From NCBI GenBank assembly GCA_963829055.1, contig CAWHHI010000019.1, forward strand, positions 64,001-128,000: a stretch of 64,000 nt of DNA, in the 5' to 3' direction. Origin of the DNA: an uncultured Gemmatimonadaceae bacterium. Its GTDB lineage: Bacteria > Gemmatimonadota > Gemmatimonadetes > Gemmatimonadales > Gemmatimonadaceae. A program made the position numbers and the translations under genes. Below, one piece after another: positions 1-10,524 of this stretch. Numbering within the stretch: the first letter of the stretch is position 1; every line of letters begins with the position of its first letter. A model generated the notes under the pieces. It saw nothing but the letters and a program-made list of their open reading frames with translations. It ran no database searches and was not told where the DNA came from.

Positions 1-1139
1 ATATCGACACCGACGAACCGGAGCACCGGCGCGCCACGCGCCGCGTTATAGGCACGCATCCACCTAACGAGGTCCAGCACTTCGTCAGTGTTCCAGGTCC
101 AGAAGTACATGCCACGGACCAGCGCGGATGGATCGCCTTCGCCGGTGCGCACGTACCGATCGACGTCGAGTGCTTCCGGGAAACTCGCCTCGATGGCGAA
201 GACCGTGAATCCCATGCGCTCGACGAGAAATTCGAGCGCGCGATGCTTCATGCGGAAGAATTCACGTGTGCCGTGGCTGCCCTCGCCGAACCCGACGAGC
301 CGCGCATCACCGACTAGCGAACGCAGTGGCTCGAGATCATCGAGAGGGGCGGTGGGATCGTCGGTCGCGAACGGCGTCGCGTTCGCGAGCAGCCACGCCG
401 AGGCGCTTGCCGGGAGGGGCGTCACACCCTCGAAGCCAAGATTCAGCGGCTCAACAGGTGAATGAGTGAACTCTGGATCGAAAATGGCGGCATCGCTCCT
501 GGGCGGCAGCGTCCCGTGGTACCCGGTGACCGGCACCGATGAGGCGACGATCTCCAACCGTACATTGTCGACTCGCACCGTACCGACGCCGCGGAGCGCT
601 GCTCCGAACGTCAGACCGATCGCGTCCGCCGGGACATCCATGACGACCTCGTAGTCGCGCCAATCCTTGGTGCCAAGGATCGGACGATCGGAAAAGTCGT
701 CGTAGGGCGCCGTCGTACCGGGCGGCCGGTCTACCTTGAGAAACGGCCCGGCACCCATCCCACTCACGGTGTCGGCACGCATTCGTGCGGTCAGTCGCAC
801 GCGGCGTCCGCGGTAGGCATCGGCGCGGACCCGCTGCAACACGCGCCCCCCCTGCGAGAGATCGCTCGTTCGGGTCTCATTGTTCAGTCGAGCCGCCGCG
901 GTGCCGGTCGCGCGGATTTTCGTGTCTGTCACGACCGAGTAATAGTTCTCCGGCGAGGCCGTTGTCTCCCAGCCGTCGAGCGGGAACTCAGGGAGACCGG
1001 ATTTGGCACCGGGGTCGACTGGCCCATTCGGGGAGTCGCCTCCACAGCCCGCAACGAGAGAGATGGGCGCAGTCGAGATCGTGACAGAGAGGATTGACAG
1101 CGCGATCGAATGGCGGGTTCCGCGAATCAGTGATGCCAC
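1..1139 (-). CDS. Erythromycin-esterase family lipoprotein with an N-terminal beta-sandwich-like domain (3' end runs off window)
   Basis: Manual translation from GTG at 1139 (GGAGG just upstream). Lipobox-like SLVAGC, then ADAYRGRRVRL...W.DYEVVMDVP, then FGEGSHGTREFFRMKHR and MYFWTWNTDEVLDLVRWMR, typical of erythromycin esterases. Not in the ORF track because it is truncated. Confidence 0.8.
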   Translation of the reverse strand, partial: MASLIRGTRHSIALSILSVTISTAPISLVAGCGGDSPNGPVDPGAKSGLPEFPLDGWETTASPENYYSVVTDTKIRATGTAAARLNNETRTSDLSQGGRVLQRVRADAYRGRRVRLTARMRADTVSGMGAGPFLKVDRPPGTTAPYDDFSDRPILGTKDWRDYEVVMDVPADAIGLTFGAALRGVGTVRVDNVRLEIVASSVPVTGYHGTLPPRSDAAIFDPEFTHSPVEPLNLGFEGVTPLPASASAWLLANATPFATDDPTAPLDDLEPLRSLVGDARLVGFGEGSHGTREFFRMKHRALEFLVERMGFTVFAIEASFPEALDVDRYVRTGEGDPSALVRGMYFWTWNTDEVLDLVRWMRAYNAARGAPVLRFVGVD

Positions 1140-1215
1140 ACAGCCTCCGACGACCGGGACTCGATTCAGTTTTTTCCATCCCGAAGCGATCGAACAAACG
1201 TCGAGCTACGTCGTG

Positions 1216-2721
1216 CTACTTCGCGCGCGAGTGCTTCGGCGGGCGCGGCTTGCTCCACACTAGTATCACCGCGCAGTGCGTGTCGGGCCGACCCGTCTCC
1301 TTGAGCGATTGCGATCGAAACTCGGGCGGAGCCGCGGTCTTGTCCGTATACACCTCGATGCCACGCACATCGTACGGGCGCACGTCGTTGATGTCGTAAA
1401 CGGGGAACCCGTCGACGAACACGGCGGGATTGCACAGGTTGTTATAGGAGCCGCCGCCGGCACCGCTGACGATCGGCCTCGTGAACATGATGACGTTCTC
1501 GGATCCGTCCCACATGACGCGCGCGCCAGTGACGTTCCAGAGCAACTGCGATGTATCGAATACGCGGCGGCGTTCGATCTCCTCCGGCCCGATGAAGCGT
1601 CCGATTCCGGCTTTCTTCCGCTTCTCGAAGCCAGTGTTGTCGAGGCGCGCGCCACTACCGACGATGTTCACCGACGCGAGCGTCTGCGCCGCTTTGTCGA
1701 GCGTAATGTCCAGCGTCCGTTGCTCGCCGGTGCGCAATCCAACCGTTAGGCGCTTCGGGGCGAATCCAACCGCTCTGATCTCGATGGTCTGGCTTCCCGC
1801 GGGCATCGACGTCAGCGCGTAGGCACCCTCACTGGTCGTGCGCACGGAGATCGGAAAGCCGAACAACGCGACCTGCGCCTGATCGAGGAGCCGGCCGTCC
1901 GGACCGTGCACGACGCCCGAGAGCCGCGCGGTGCCGGTTGACGCAGGGGCGTCACCGCGCCGGACGACGCTATCGAGTCGCGCCAACTCCGCGGTCGTCG
2001 CCCCGGAATCCTGCATACTCACCGCGAACTCTCGCACGCCGAACGCGCGCTGGCCCAGATCGACCTCTACCAGGCCTGTCACGTGATCGGCAGCGGTCGC
2101 GCGGGCGATGACAGCGACATCCGTCGGCACGCCACAGATCATGTACGCCCCACTGGCGTTCGTGACCGCCGAACCGCGCCGCTCGGTTTGCGTCAGCCCG
2201 CGGCCGCCCACGTTCCATTCGCCCCAGCTGACGCTGACGGTTGCGTTAGGCAACGCAGCGCCGTCATCCACGTTTCGGACGCGCCCGAGCAGGACGCCGG
2301 TCGACTGCGCCTGGGGCGCGGGACACAGGCTGGCGTGCAGCGTCGCGGGGCTGGGCGTCGCGAGTCGTACGGCTGACAGCCCGGAATCCGGAAGCACCAG
2401 GGAGACTGGCGCGGCGCCGAACCCTAACGAGTCGAGCGTCGCGTGGTAGAACCGGAGTACCACCTGTCCGGCGGGGACACTGTCGATCTGGAATCGACCC
2501 GCCTGATCGGTAAGTGTGGAGAGGGTCGTGCCTTCGACGGTGACTTCGGCGTTGGCGAGCGGCCCGTTGGCGACCAGAGAGTCGTAGACAGTGCCCGCGA
2601 TCGACGCGACCGCGTGGGGTTGGCGTTCGCGTAGAGTGGCGCCTGACGCCAGCGCCAGGACAACGACCGGCACCATCAACACCCGACCGAACACAGGGTC
2701 ACCTCGGGATACACGGTGCAA
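1216..2721 (-). CDS. Secreted protein with several carboxypeptidase-regulatory-like (CarboxypepD_reg) domains and a C-terminal TonB-plug-like domain
   Basis: Signal-like N-terminus, repeated G.V.D...PL.NA.V / T...G.(F/Y) modules, C-terminal PAVFVDG...DVRGIEVY...CAVILVWSK. Confidence 0.75.
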   Translation of the reverse strand: MHRVSRGDPVFGRVLMVPVVVLALASGATLRERQPHAVASIAGTVYDSLVANGPLANAEVTVEGTTLSTLTDQAGRFQIDSVPAGQVVLRFYHATLDSLGFGAAPVSLVLPDSGLSAVRLATPSPATLHASLCPAPQAQSTGVLLGRVRNVDDGAALPNATVSVSWGEWNVGGRGLTQTERRGSAVTNASGAYMICGVPTDVAVIARATAADHVTGLVEVDLGQRAFGVREFAVSMQDSGATTAELARLDSVVRRGDAPASTGTARLSGVVHGPDGRLLDQAQVALFGFPISVRTTSEGAYALTSMPAGSQTIEIRAVGFAPKRLTVGLRTGEQRTLDITLDKAAQTLASVNIVGSGARLDNTGFEKRKKAGIGRFIGPEEIERRRVFDTSQLLWNVTGARVMWDGSENVIMFTRPIVSGAGGGSYNNLCNPAVFVDGFPVYDINDVRPYDVRGIEVYTDKTAAPPEFRSQSLKETGRPDTHCAVILVWSKPRPPKHSRAK

Positions 2722-2784
2722 TTCGTACGCGGGCCAATGCGGGCACTACACCAGCCGAATCTCCGCGTTCCGCGCTGCGGATGG

Positions 2785-3156
2785 CTAGGCTTTCCCGACT
2801 CCGGGTCGGCAGCAAAGTGGTCGGACCACGCGAAGGGGGCGTCGCCCGTTGTGGCGCGCCACGCCGGCGGAGTCGAAGGCGGGGTGTGAGAACGTCAGCG
2901 TATGGGTTCCGTCCGGAACTCCGCCGATCGTGAACCGTCCGCGCGCATCCGTCGTAGCGGCGAGCGTAGTGCCGATCACGTACACGGTCGCATCGCGAAG
3001 CGGCCCGCGCGCGAGCAGGCTGTCGTAGACGATTCCCTCGATCATCCCAGCCGGCACTTCGACACCCTGGGCCTTGCTCTGTTCGACGGCCCACCCACTC
3101 AGTACCAGACCTAACGCGACAACACTCGGCAACGGTCGCGCGAGCAGCGGCACCAC
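2785..3156 (-). pseudogene. Truncated paralog of the adjacent CarboxypepD_reg protein
   Basis: GIVYDSLLARGPLRDATV...TTDARGRF...HPAFDSAG parallels GTVYDSLVANGPLANAEV...TDQAGRF...HATLDSLG of 1216..2721, then similarity stops after about 100 aa. Confidence 0.55.
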
Positions 3157-4040
3157 TATCCTCCAGATCGTTTGATCTGGAACAATCGCTCGCGGGCCAA
3201 TCGGCGACCAGTAGGGGTCGCGGCCAATCCGCCCCCAGCGGTCTCCCGATACCGAACGTCCATGGAGCGGCCGATCTCGCCCATAGTGTCGATGACCTCA
3301 TCGGCCGGAATCGCGAACGTGATGCCCGCTAAGGCCATCTCGATGGCGGCCATCGCTATGGCCGCGCCCGTCGCGTTCCGGAACACGCACGGCAGCTCGA
3401 CGAGCCCGCCTAACGGGTCGCAGACGAGCCCGAGCGTGCCCTGCTGTGCAAGCGCGACCGCGTGCCCGGCCTGCGACGGCGACCCACCCAGCATCTCCGT
3501 CGCGGCACCTGCGGCCATGCCCGCCGCAGCGCCCGTTTCCGCCTGACAACCGCCTTCCGCGCCGGAGAGAGATGCGCGCTGCGCGACGACCGCGCCGATT
3601 AGCCCAGCGGTCGCGAGCGCATCGATCAACTTGTCATCACCAAGGCCACGTGCATCCGCGAGCCCGGTGAGCACCGCGGGGAGCACGCCCGCGCCGCCTG
3701 CTGTGGGCGCTGCGACGATGACGCCCATCGCAGCATTCACCTCCTGCACCGCCAGCGCGCGCGAGAGCACGTCGCGAAACGGCGTCCCGGTCATCGGGCC
3801 GGCAGGCCCCTCTCGCAACTTCGCGGCGTCGCCACCGACGAGCCCCGACGCGGATCGCAGATCACCGGTGAGTCCGCGCGATACCGCGCCACGCATCACA
3901 GCCAGCGCACGACCGAGCGCCTCGCGAATTTCCGCGACAGGCCGTCCCTGATCGCGAGCCTCGGCATCGAGCGCAACCTGGGCGAGCGTGGATCCGGACG
4001 CTTCCGCGTCACGGATGGCGTCGGCGAGTGCGTGATACAT
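3156..4040 (-). CDS. sdaAA: L-serine dehydratase, Fe-S dependent, alpha subunit
   Basis: IVAAPTAGGAGVLP, SGAEGGCQAE, GLVCDPLGGLVELPCVFRN, YRETAGGGLA. Start re-placed at ATG 4040 (MYHALAD). Confidence 0.95.
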   Translation of the reverse strand: MYHALADAIRDAEASGSTLAQVALDAEARDQGRPVAEIREALGRALAVMRGAVSRGLTGDLRSASGLVGGDAAKLREGPAGPMTGTPFRDVLSRALAVQEVNAAMGVIVAAPTAGGAGVLPAVLTGLADARGLGDDKLIDALATAGLIGAVVAQRASLSGAEGGCQAETGAAAGMAAGAATEMLGGSPSQAGHAVALAQQGTLGLVCDPLGGLVELPCVFRNATGAAIAMAAIEMALAGITFAIPADEVIDTMGEIGRSMDVRYRETAGGGLAATPTGRRLARERLFQIKRSGG

Positions 4041-4046
4041 ATCGTC

Positions 4047-4157
4047 GGGAATCGGGAATGGGGAATCGGGAATCGCGGGTAGGCGAGGGTCGGAGGGACT
4101 CGGCACGCTGAGCAGCGCCACGCGTTCGATTCCCCATTCCCGATTCCCCATTCCCGA
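4047..4157. repeat. Inverted pair of GGGAAT(C/G) heptamer tandem arrays
   Basis: GGGAATCGGGAATGGGGAATCGGGAATCG at about 4047-4076, mirrored by CGATTCCCCATTCCCGATTCCCCATTCCCG at about 4127-4156. Confidence 0.85.
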
Positions 4158-4159
4158 GA

Positions 4160-4834
4160 TCATGCGCTGACTTTATCGAGACGGAAGGCCCACCGTACCC
4201 ACGGCAGCGTGCGAATGTCCGCGCGCACCTTCTCGTCAGGCGGCTCATCGACCTCGATGACCATGAACGCGTCGCCGCCGCGCCCTTTCCGCGTCAGGCG
4301 GAGCGTCGCGATGTTGATGCCGTCCTCGGCCAGAATCGTGGCGATGCGAGCGACCGATCCGGGGACGTCCTCCGCCACGAGCACGATGGTGTTGTAGCTC
4401 CCGGTCACCTCGACAGGATAGCCGTCGATCTCCGTGACGAGCACGCGGCCGGCGCCTAACGACGACCCGACCATCACCGCCTTCCGATCCCCTCGCTCGA
4501 CGGTGATGCGGACCGTGTTCGGATGCACGTCCGCCTCTTCCCCCAGTGTCGTCTTCTCGAACCGGAAGTCCAGCGCCTCGCGCTCGGCAATCGTCAACGC
4601 TTCGCGGATACGCTCGTCATCGGGCCGAAATCCCATCAGGCCGCCGACGATCGCCTTATCGGTTCCGTGACCCTCACCCGTCCGCGCGAACGACCCGTGC
4701 AGCTCGACACGCGCGTGCTCCGGAGTCCCACCGACAAGACACCGGGCCAACAACCCGAGTCGGCACGCGCCCGCCGTGTGGCTCGAGCTCGGCCCCACCA
4801 TGACGGGCCCGATGATGTCGAGCAGCGATACCAT
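4160..4834 (-). CDS. sdaAB: L-serine dehydratase beta subunit with ACT domain
   Basis: DIIGPVMVGPSSSHTAGA, GSFARTGEGHGTD, HPNT, C-terminal ACT (DVPG...INIA). Confidence 0.95.
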   Translation of the reverse strand: MVSLLDIIGPVMVGPSSSHTAGACRLGLLARCLVGGTPEHARVELHGSFARTGEGHGTDKAIVGGLMGFRPDDERIREALTIAEREALDFRFEKTTLGEEADVHPNTVRITVERGDRKAVMVGSSLGAGRVLVTEIDGYPVEVTGSYNTIVLVAEDVPGSVARIATILAEDGINIATLRLTRKGRGGDAFMVIEVDEPPDEKVRADIRTLPWVRWAFRLDKVSA

Positions 4835-4841
4835 AGAACGT

Positions 4842-7742
4842 TCAGCCGGCTTTGCGCTTCAGGGGCCGAGGCAGTAGTGGGCGCAGATACTGTCCGGTGT
4901 ACGACGCGTCGACCTGAGCGACCTGCTCGGGCGTTCCAGCAGCAACGATCTCACCACCTTTGTCTCCGCCCTCGGGACCAAGGTCGATGATCCAGTCGGC
5001 GGTCTTGATGACATCCAGATTGTGCTCGATCACGAGCACGGTGTTCCCCCGGTCGACGAGGCGATGCAGCACCTCGAGCAGGAGCCTAACGTCCTCGAAG
5101 TGCAGACCGGTCGTCGGCTCATCGAGGATGTAGAACGTACGACCGGTGTCGCGCTTCGACAGCTCGGTCGCGAGCTTCACGCGCTGCGCTTCGCCACCGG
5201 ATAGCGTCGTCGCGCTCTGCCCGAGGTGAATGTAGCCGAGTCCGACGTCCATCAGCGTCTGCAGCTTCTGATGGATGCGTGGCTGGTTCTCGAAGAACGC
5301 GGTCGCGTCCTCGACAGTCATCTCGAGAACGTCGGAGATGCTCATGCCGCGGAAACGAACCTCGAGCGTCTCGCGATTGTAGCGCTTCCCCTTGCAGACG
5401 TCGCACGGCACGTACACGTCAGGCAGGAAGTGCATCTCGATCTTGAGCAGCCCGTCGCCCTGGCACGCCTCGCAGCGCCCACCCTTCACGTTGAACGAGA
5501 ATCGTCCAGGCCCGTAACCGCGGATCTTCGCCTCGGGCATTTCCGCGAACAGATCCCGGATCGGTGTGAACAATCCGGTGTACGTCGCCGGGTTCGAGCG
5601 CGGCGTGCGCCCGATCGGACTCTGGTCGATGTCGATGACCTTGTCGATGTGCTCGAGGCCGGTGATCGACTTGTGCGCGCCCGGAATTACGCGGGCGCGG
5701 TAGAAGTGTCGCGCCAGCGAGCGATGCAGAATGTCCTCGATGAGCGTCGACTTGCCCGAGCCGGAAACACCAGTCACGGTGACGAACAACCCGAGCGGGA
5801 TATCGACGTCGAGGTTGTGCAAGTTGTGCTCACGCGCACCGAGCACACGAATCGAACGACGTGGATCAGCGGGTCGCCGTGTAGCCGGGATCGGGATCTT
5901 GAGCGCGCCGCTGAGATACCGGCCGGTGAGCGACGACGGGTTGCGCGTCACCTCGTCGACGGTGCCGCTCGCGATGACGATGCCGCCATGCTTACCAGCT
6001 CCGGGCCCGAGGTCGAGCAGATAGTCGGCCGAACGCATCGTCTCGTCGTCGTGCTCGACGACGATCACCGTGTTCCCGAGATCGCGCAGCTGGCACAGCG
6101 TGTCGAGCAGCCGCGCGTTGTCACGCTGGTGCAGTCCGATGGACGGCTCATCCAGGATGTACAACACGCCCACGAGTCGCGAGCCGATCTGTGTCGCGAG
6201 ACGAATGCGCTGCGCCTCGCCGCCCGACAGCGACTCGGCCGAGCGACCTAACGTGAGATATTCGAGCCCGACGTTCACGAGGAATCGCAGACGCTCGCGA
6301 ACCTCCTTGAGAATCGGGCCGGCGATCTCGGCATCGAGGCCAGGCTTCCCATTGTTGCGAACAGGAACCGACTCGAAGAACTGCAGGCTCTCGGCGATCG
6401 ACATCTCGACGAGCTCGCCGATGTTGCGCGAGTCGATCGTGACGCCGAGCGATTCGGGCTTGAGACGACGCCCGCCGCACTCGTTGCACGGCTTCGCGAT
6501 CATGTACTCCGACAGCTCCATCCGGACGCTGTCGGATTCCGTCTCGGAATAGCGGCGCTGGATGTTCGCGACGATACCTTCCCACTCGATCGCGTTAGGG
6601 CTCGCTGTCTGCGATCCCGAACGAGCGCGGGCTTTCTTGCTCCCCGTTCCCTGCTCCCCGTTCCCGTTCGCCTTCTTGTCGACTCCGTACAGCAGGCAAT
6701 CGCGAACCTTCTGCGGAAGGTCCTGCCACGCGGCGTGGAGATCGAACTTCAACTGCTTGGCGAGTCCAGGCAGGATCACGCGACGCAGATATCCGTCCGG
6801 TTCACCCCACGGCAGGATCACGCCTTCCAGAATCGACAGCGCCGGGTCGCCGAGTATGAGCTCTTCGCTGACCTCGTCGCGCGTGCCGAGTCCGCCGCAC
6901 GCCGCGCACGCGCCGAACGGCGAGTTGAACGAGAAGTGCCTCGGCTCCATCTCGGGCATCGAGATGCCGCACGCGGCGCAGCCGTAGCGCTCCGAGAAGA
7001 GCGTCGGCGTCGCCTTCGAGCCTTCGTGCCTAACGACTTCCACCGTGCCGTCGGCGAGCTTGAGCGCCGTCTCCAGCGAGTCGTTGAGCCGGTTGCGATC
7101 TTCAGCCCTGACGACCAGACGATCGACGATGATAGACACGTCGTGGTTCTGACGCTTGTTCAGCTTCGGCGGACTCGCCAGCTCGATGACGGCGCCGTCG
7201 ACGACGGCGCGGACGAAGCCCTGCTTGCGCGCTGACTCGAACAGCTCGCGGAACTCACCCTTTCTGCCGCGGACGAGCGGCGCGAGGATCTCGATGCGCG
7301 TGCCCGATGGCCATTCCAGAACGGAGTCCGTGATCTGTCCCGCGCTCTGACGTTCGACCGGAAGGCCGCAGTTCGGACAGTGCGGCGTGCCGGCGCGGGC
7401 GTACAGCAGGCGGAGATAGTCGTAGATCTCGGTGACCGTTCCGACCGTGGAGCGAGGATTGTGGCCGGCGGTCTTCTGCTCGATGGAGATCGCGGGCGAC
7501 AGCCCTTCGATGGAATCGACGTCCGGCTTTTCCATCAAGCCGAGGAACTGTCTCGCGTAGGCGGAGAGCGACTCGACGTAGCGGCGTTGCCCTTCCGCGT
7601 AGATCGTGTCGAACGCGAGCGACGATTTTCCCGACCCGGACAGGCCGGTGATGACGGTCAGCCGGTCGCGCGGGATCGTGACGTCAATGTTCTTGAGGTT
7701 GTGCTCGCGCGCGCCGCGGATGATGAGCGCTTCGTCAGTCAT
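4842..7742 (-). CDS. uvrA: Excinuclease ABC subunit A
   Basis: [23 protein letters not shown], two LSGGEAQR signatures, Zn fingers. Confidence 0.99.
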   Translation of the reverse strand: MTDEALIIRGAREHNLKNIDVTIPRDRLTVITGLSGSGKSSLAFDTIYAEGQRRYVESLSAYARQFLGLMEKPDVDSIEGLSPAISIEQKTAGHNPRSTVGTVTEIYDYLRLLYARAGTPHCPNCGLPVERQSAGQITDSVLEWPSGTRIEILAPLVRGRKGEFRELFESARKQGFVRAVVDGAVIELASPPKLNKRQNHDVSIIVDRLVVRAEDRNRLNDSLETALKLADGTVEVVRHEGSKATPTLFSERYGCAACGISMPEMEPRHFSFNSPFGACAACGGLGTRDEVSEELILGDPALSILEGVILPWGEPDGYLRRVILPGLAKQLKFDLHAAWQDLPQKVRDCLLYGVDKKANGNGEQGTGSKKARARSGSQTASPNAIEWEGIVANIQRRYSETESDSVRMELSEYMIAKPCNECGGRRLKPESLGVTIDSRNIGELVEMSIAESLQFFESVPVRNNGKPGLDAEIAGPILKEVRERLRFLVNVGLEYLTLGRSAESLSGGEAQRIRLATQIGSRLVGVLYILDEPSIGLHQRDNARLLDTLCQLRDLGNTVIVVEHDDETMRSADYLLDLGPGAGKHGGIVIASGTVDEVTRNPSSLTGRYLSGALKIPIPATRRPADPRRSIRVLGAREHNLHNLDVDIPLGLFVTVTGVSGSGKSTLIEDILHRSLARHFYRARVIPGAHKSITGLEHIDKVIDIDQSPIGRTPRSNPATYTGLFTPIRDLFAEMPEAKIRGYGPGRFSFNVKGGRCEACQGDGLLKIEMHFLPDVYVPCDVCKGKRYNRETLEVRFRGMSISDVLEMTVEDATAFFENQPRIHQKLQTLMDVGLGYIHLGQSATTLSGGEAQRVKLATELSKRDTGRTFYILDEPTTGLHFEDVRLLLEVLHRLVDRGNTVLVIEHNLDVIKTADWIIDLGPEGGDKGGEIVAAGTPEQVAQVDASYTGQYLRPLLPRPLKRKAG

Positions 7743-7933
7743 AGCCGGTGAAAGCTGCGGTGTGTGTTCGGGTAAGACAAGACAGCCCCTTCGGGCGCCG
7801 GCGTGGAACGCTGTGAAGACAGCAGGTTCGTGACTTCCGTCGGGCTCGCGGTGTCCCGTCTACGGCCATGTGACGTCCGTGACAACGGGAACGACATGTG
7901 GCGCCGGTTACATTGCCCTCGATGACGGACCGC

Positions 7934-8269
7934 ATGCCGCACACCGACGCCATGGTCGTTCTCACGACCGTCGCCAATGACAAAGAAGGAATCGCGCTCG
8001 TACGCGCACTGCTCGAGCGACGCGTGATCGCTTGCGGCACGCTCTTGCCGGGCGCTCGATCCCTGTATCGCTGGGAAGACAAGATCGCCGACGAACAGGA
8101 AGTCGTGATCCTGCTCAAGACCCGCTCGGCGGCGCTCGACTCGCTGCGCGTGGCGTTCAGTGAGTTGCACCCATACAAGGTGCCCGAGTTGCTGGCGCTT
8201 CCCGTACACGCCGGGCTCGACAAATACCTGAGCTGGATCAACAGCGAGACCTCGCTCTCGATCTCCTGA
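7934..8269 (+). CDS. cutA: Divalent-cation tolerance protein CutA
   Basis: VVLTT...ACG..LPG.RSLYRWE...E...LLKT...LHPYKVPELL. Confidence 0.92.
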   Translation: MPHTDAMVVLTTVANDKEGIALVRALLERRVIACGTLLPGARSLYRWEDKIADEQEVVILLKTRSAALDSLRVAFSELHPYKVPELLALPVHAGLDKYLSWINSETSLSIS

Positions 8270-8274
8270 GTCAC

Positions 8275-8778
8275 GTGATCGAGGTTCGGACGGACGACCT
8301 CGCGTTCGTTACCGCAGACGCTATCGCGCGGCCCGTCGACGCCGAGCTCCGCGCAACGACGCCGCTGATGCGCCGACTGGAGCTCGCCGGCGGTGAGAAG
8401 CTCACGCGACATCTGCGCGTCAACGAGCCGCTCGCGGTGGGGTCAGCCGTCGTCACCTCTGCCGGCGACCTCGGCGTCGAGCTCCTGATACATGGGGTGG
8501 TGTCCAGCGATGTCGAGCCTCCGACGCGTGCGACCGTACGTCAGGCTGTGAGCAGCGCACTGCAGCGCGCGGCGGATTGGCAGATCGCGCATCTCGCGAT
8601 CGCGCCGTTCGGAATCGGCGTCGGCAATCTCGACGTCGAGGACAGCGCCCAGGTGATCGCCGAGGCGGTGCGCCGTCATCGCGAGACATCGCCGTTTCCG
8701 ACGACCATAACGATTGTCGTCGAGACGGAGTTCGAGTACGAGGTGTTCGCGCGGTTCATCGCCGTGGAACGCGCGTGA
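8275..8778 (+). CDS. Macro-domain (Appr-1-p processing-like) protein, divergent
   Basis: IEVRTDDLAFVTADAI, VGSAVVTSAGDL....LIHGV, LAIAPFGIGVG fit the macro fold, but the usual NAAN/GGGV motifs are altered. Confidence 0.75.
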   Translation: MIEVRTDDLAFVTADAIARPVDAELRATTPLMRRLELAGGEKLTRHLRVNEPLAVGSAVVTSAGDLGVELLIHGVVSSDVEPPTRATVRQAVSSALQRAADWQIAHLAIAPFGIGVGNLDVEDSAQVIAEAVRRHRETSPFPTTITIVVETEFEYEVFARFIAVERA

Positions 8779-10346
8779 CGCACCCCAAGGTGATGGGCCT
8801 GAGGGTGACGCGCCGAGGAGCGATCGCCGTCGCGGTACTGCTGGCGTGGATCGCGGGCCTGGGACTCTACCTTCGGCGCGAGGCGCGAAACGCTCCGGCG
8901 CAACGTCTCGCGGAAGCGGCACTGCGCGTATCGCCCGGCGCCGTTTTCTATCGCGTGGAAAAGGACGGGCGGCAGATCGGGTTTGCGTCATCGACCATCG
9001 ACACCACGCGCGGAGGGTTGCTGATCAGCGACTACCTCGCCGCGGATCTTCCTGTCGCTGGCCGAGAGCATCGCGCGACGGCGACGTCCGACGTTAGGCT
9101 CTCACGAGGACTGTCGCTGGCGGAATTCCGCCTGTCGTTCGAATCGGATGGATCGCCGATCTCGATCAGCGGGCAGTCGGTGAGCGACTCGGTACTGCAG
9201 GTCGTCATCGCTCACGACGAGTCGGCCGCGGACACGCAGCGCGTCGCGACGTCAGGACCGGTCGTGCTCCCCACCATCGTGCCGATCGCGATCGCACTCG
9301 GCGAGACGCCGAAGGTCGGGCGCACATACACGTTGTCGAGCTTCGATCCCATCTCGATGGCCCCGCAGCCGCTGTCGATTCGCGTCGAAGCGGAATCGTC
9401 GTTCACCGTGCCTGACAGCGCGCGGTTCGACGAATCGCGTCGCCGCTGGACGGTCGCGCGGCGTGATTCCGTGCACGCCTGGCGCATCGCGACGGACGGA
9501 CCGAGTGCGGTTCGCGCATGGATCGACGAGCAGGGACGCATCGTCGAACTGCAGCACACGCTCGGCTTCTCGTTGCGGCGCACTGCGTACGAGATCGCGT
9601 TCGAGAACTGGCGGCTGGATGGCGGCACTCGCTCGCGCGCCGTCTCCGCCGATCGAGATGTTCTCGAAACGACTGCCATCGCGGCCTCCGCGGCGCCGAG
9701 CGGAGAGCGAAGCGGGAAGCTCAGTGTGCGACTGCGCGGCGCCAATCTGCGCGGCTTCGCTCTCGACGGCGGCCGGCAATCACTGCGCGGTGATACACTC
9801 GTCATCACCCGCGAGCCCAGCCTCTCGGGCGACGCGCCGTACACCATGCCGATGCCGCTCGCAATGCGGATGTCGTTTCGCCACGAGTTGTCGCCGGAGC
9901 CGTTGATCCAGAGCGCCGACCCGAAGATCGTCGAGCTCGCACGACGCATACGCGGGGACACCCGCGACCCGCTGGTTGCAGCGCGTCGCATCAACGAGTG
10001 GGTGCACGACTCGCTGGAAAAGACGGTGGCAGTCACGATCCCGAGTGCGATTCAGGTACTGGCGTCGCGCAAAGGCGATTGCAACGAGCACACGCAGTTG
10101 TTCATCGCGCTGTCGCGTGCGGCTGGAGTTCCGGCGCGTGCGGCGGCCGGGCTCGCGCGCGTTGGGAACAAGTTCTACTACCACGCGTGGCCCGAGGTGT
10201 TCGTCGGCCGGTGGGTGGCAGTGGATCCAACGTTCGGCCAGTTCCCGGCTGATGCGGAACATCTGCGGTTTGTGTACGGCGGGCTCGCGCGTCAGGCGGA
10301 GCTGCTGCGTCTCATGGGCACACTCAAGATCGACGTATTGAACTGA
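8775..10346 (+). CDS. Membrane-anchored transglutaminase-like domain protein
   Basis: GTG overlaps the upstream TGA. N-terminal TM helix, GDCNEH (Cys), YHAWPE (His), VDPT (Asp) catalytic triad. Confidence 0.88.
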   Translation: MTHPKVMGLRVTRRGAIAVAVLLAWIAGLGLYLRREARNAPAQRLAEAALRVSPGAVFYRVEKDGRQIGFASSTIDTTRGGLLISDYLAADLPVAGREHRATATSDVRLSRGLSLAEFRLSFESDGSPISISGQSVSDSVLQVVIAHDESAADTQRVATSGPVVLPTIVPIAIALGETPKVGRTYTLSSFDPISMAPQPLSIRVEAESSFTVPDSARFDESRRRWTVARRDSVHAWRIATDGPSAVRAWIDEQGRIVELQHTLGFSLRRTAYEIAFENWRLDGGTRSRAVSADRDVLETTAIAASAAPSGERSGKLSVRLRGANLRGFALDGGRQSLRGDTLVITREPSLSGDAPYTMPMPLAMRMSFRHELSPEPLIQSADPKIVELARRIRGDTRDPLVAARRINEWVHDSLEKTVAVTIPSAIQVLASRKGDCNEHTQLFIALSRAAGVPARAAAGLARVGNKFYYHAWPEVFVGRWVAVDPTFGQFPADAEHLRFVYGGLARQAELLRLMGTLKIDVLN

Positions 10347-10349
10347 GCC

Positions 10350-10477
10350 GTCATTCCGAGCGGAGCGCGGAGGCGCGGAGTCGAGGAGCCATGTCGTCCC
10401 GACCGACGGGAGCCGAGGACTCCTCTGACTACGGGACGATCGACGATTCCTCGACTGACTCGTCCGCTCGGAATGAC
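10350..10477. repeat. REP/REPIN-like palindromic element, copy 1
   Basis: GTCATTCCGAGCGGA ... TCCGCTCGGAATGAC terminal inverted repeat, inner AGTCGAGGA/TCCTCGACT arm. Confidence 0.85.
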
Positions 10478-10524
10478 AAACGTTGTCTCCCTCGTCGTCC
10501 TTGGAGCGTCTCCTTCCTCCGTCC

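Noticed and set aside
4041..4163. N-terminal extension of SdaAA
   Set aside because: It is translated intergenic heptamer repeat (GNREWG, IPDSPFP).
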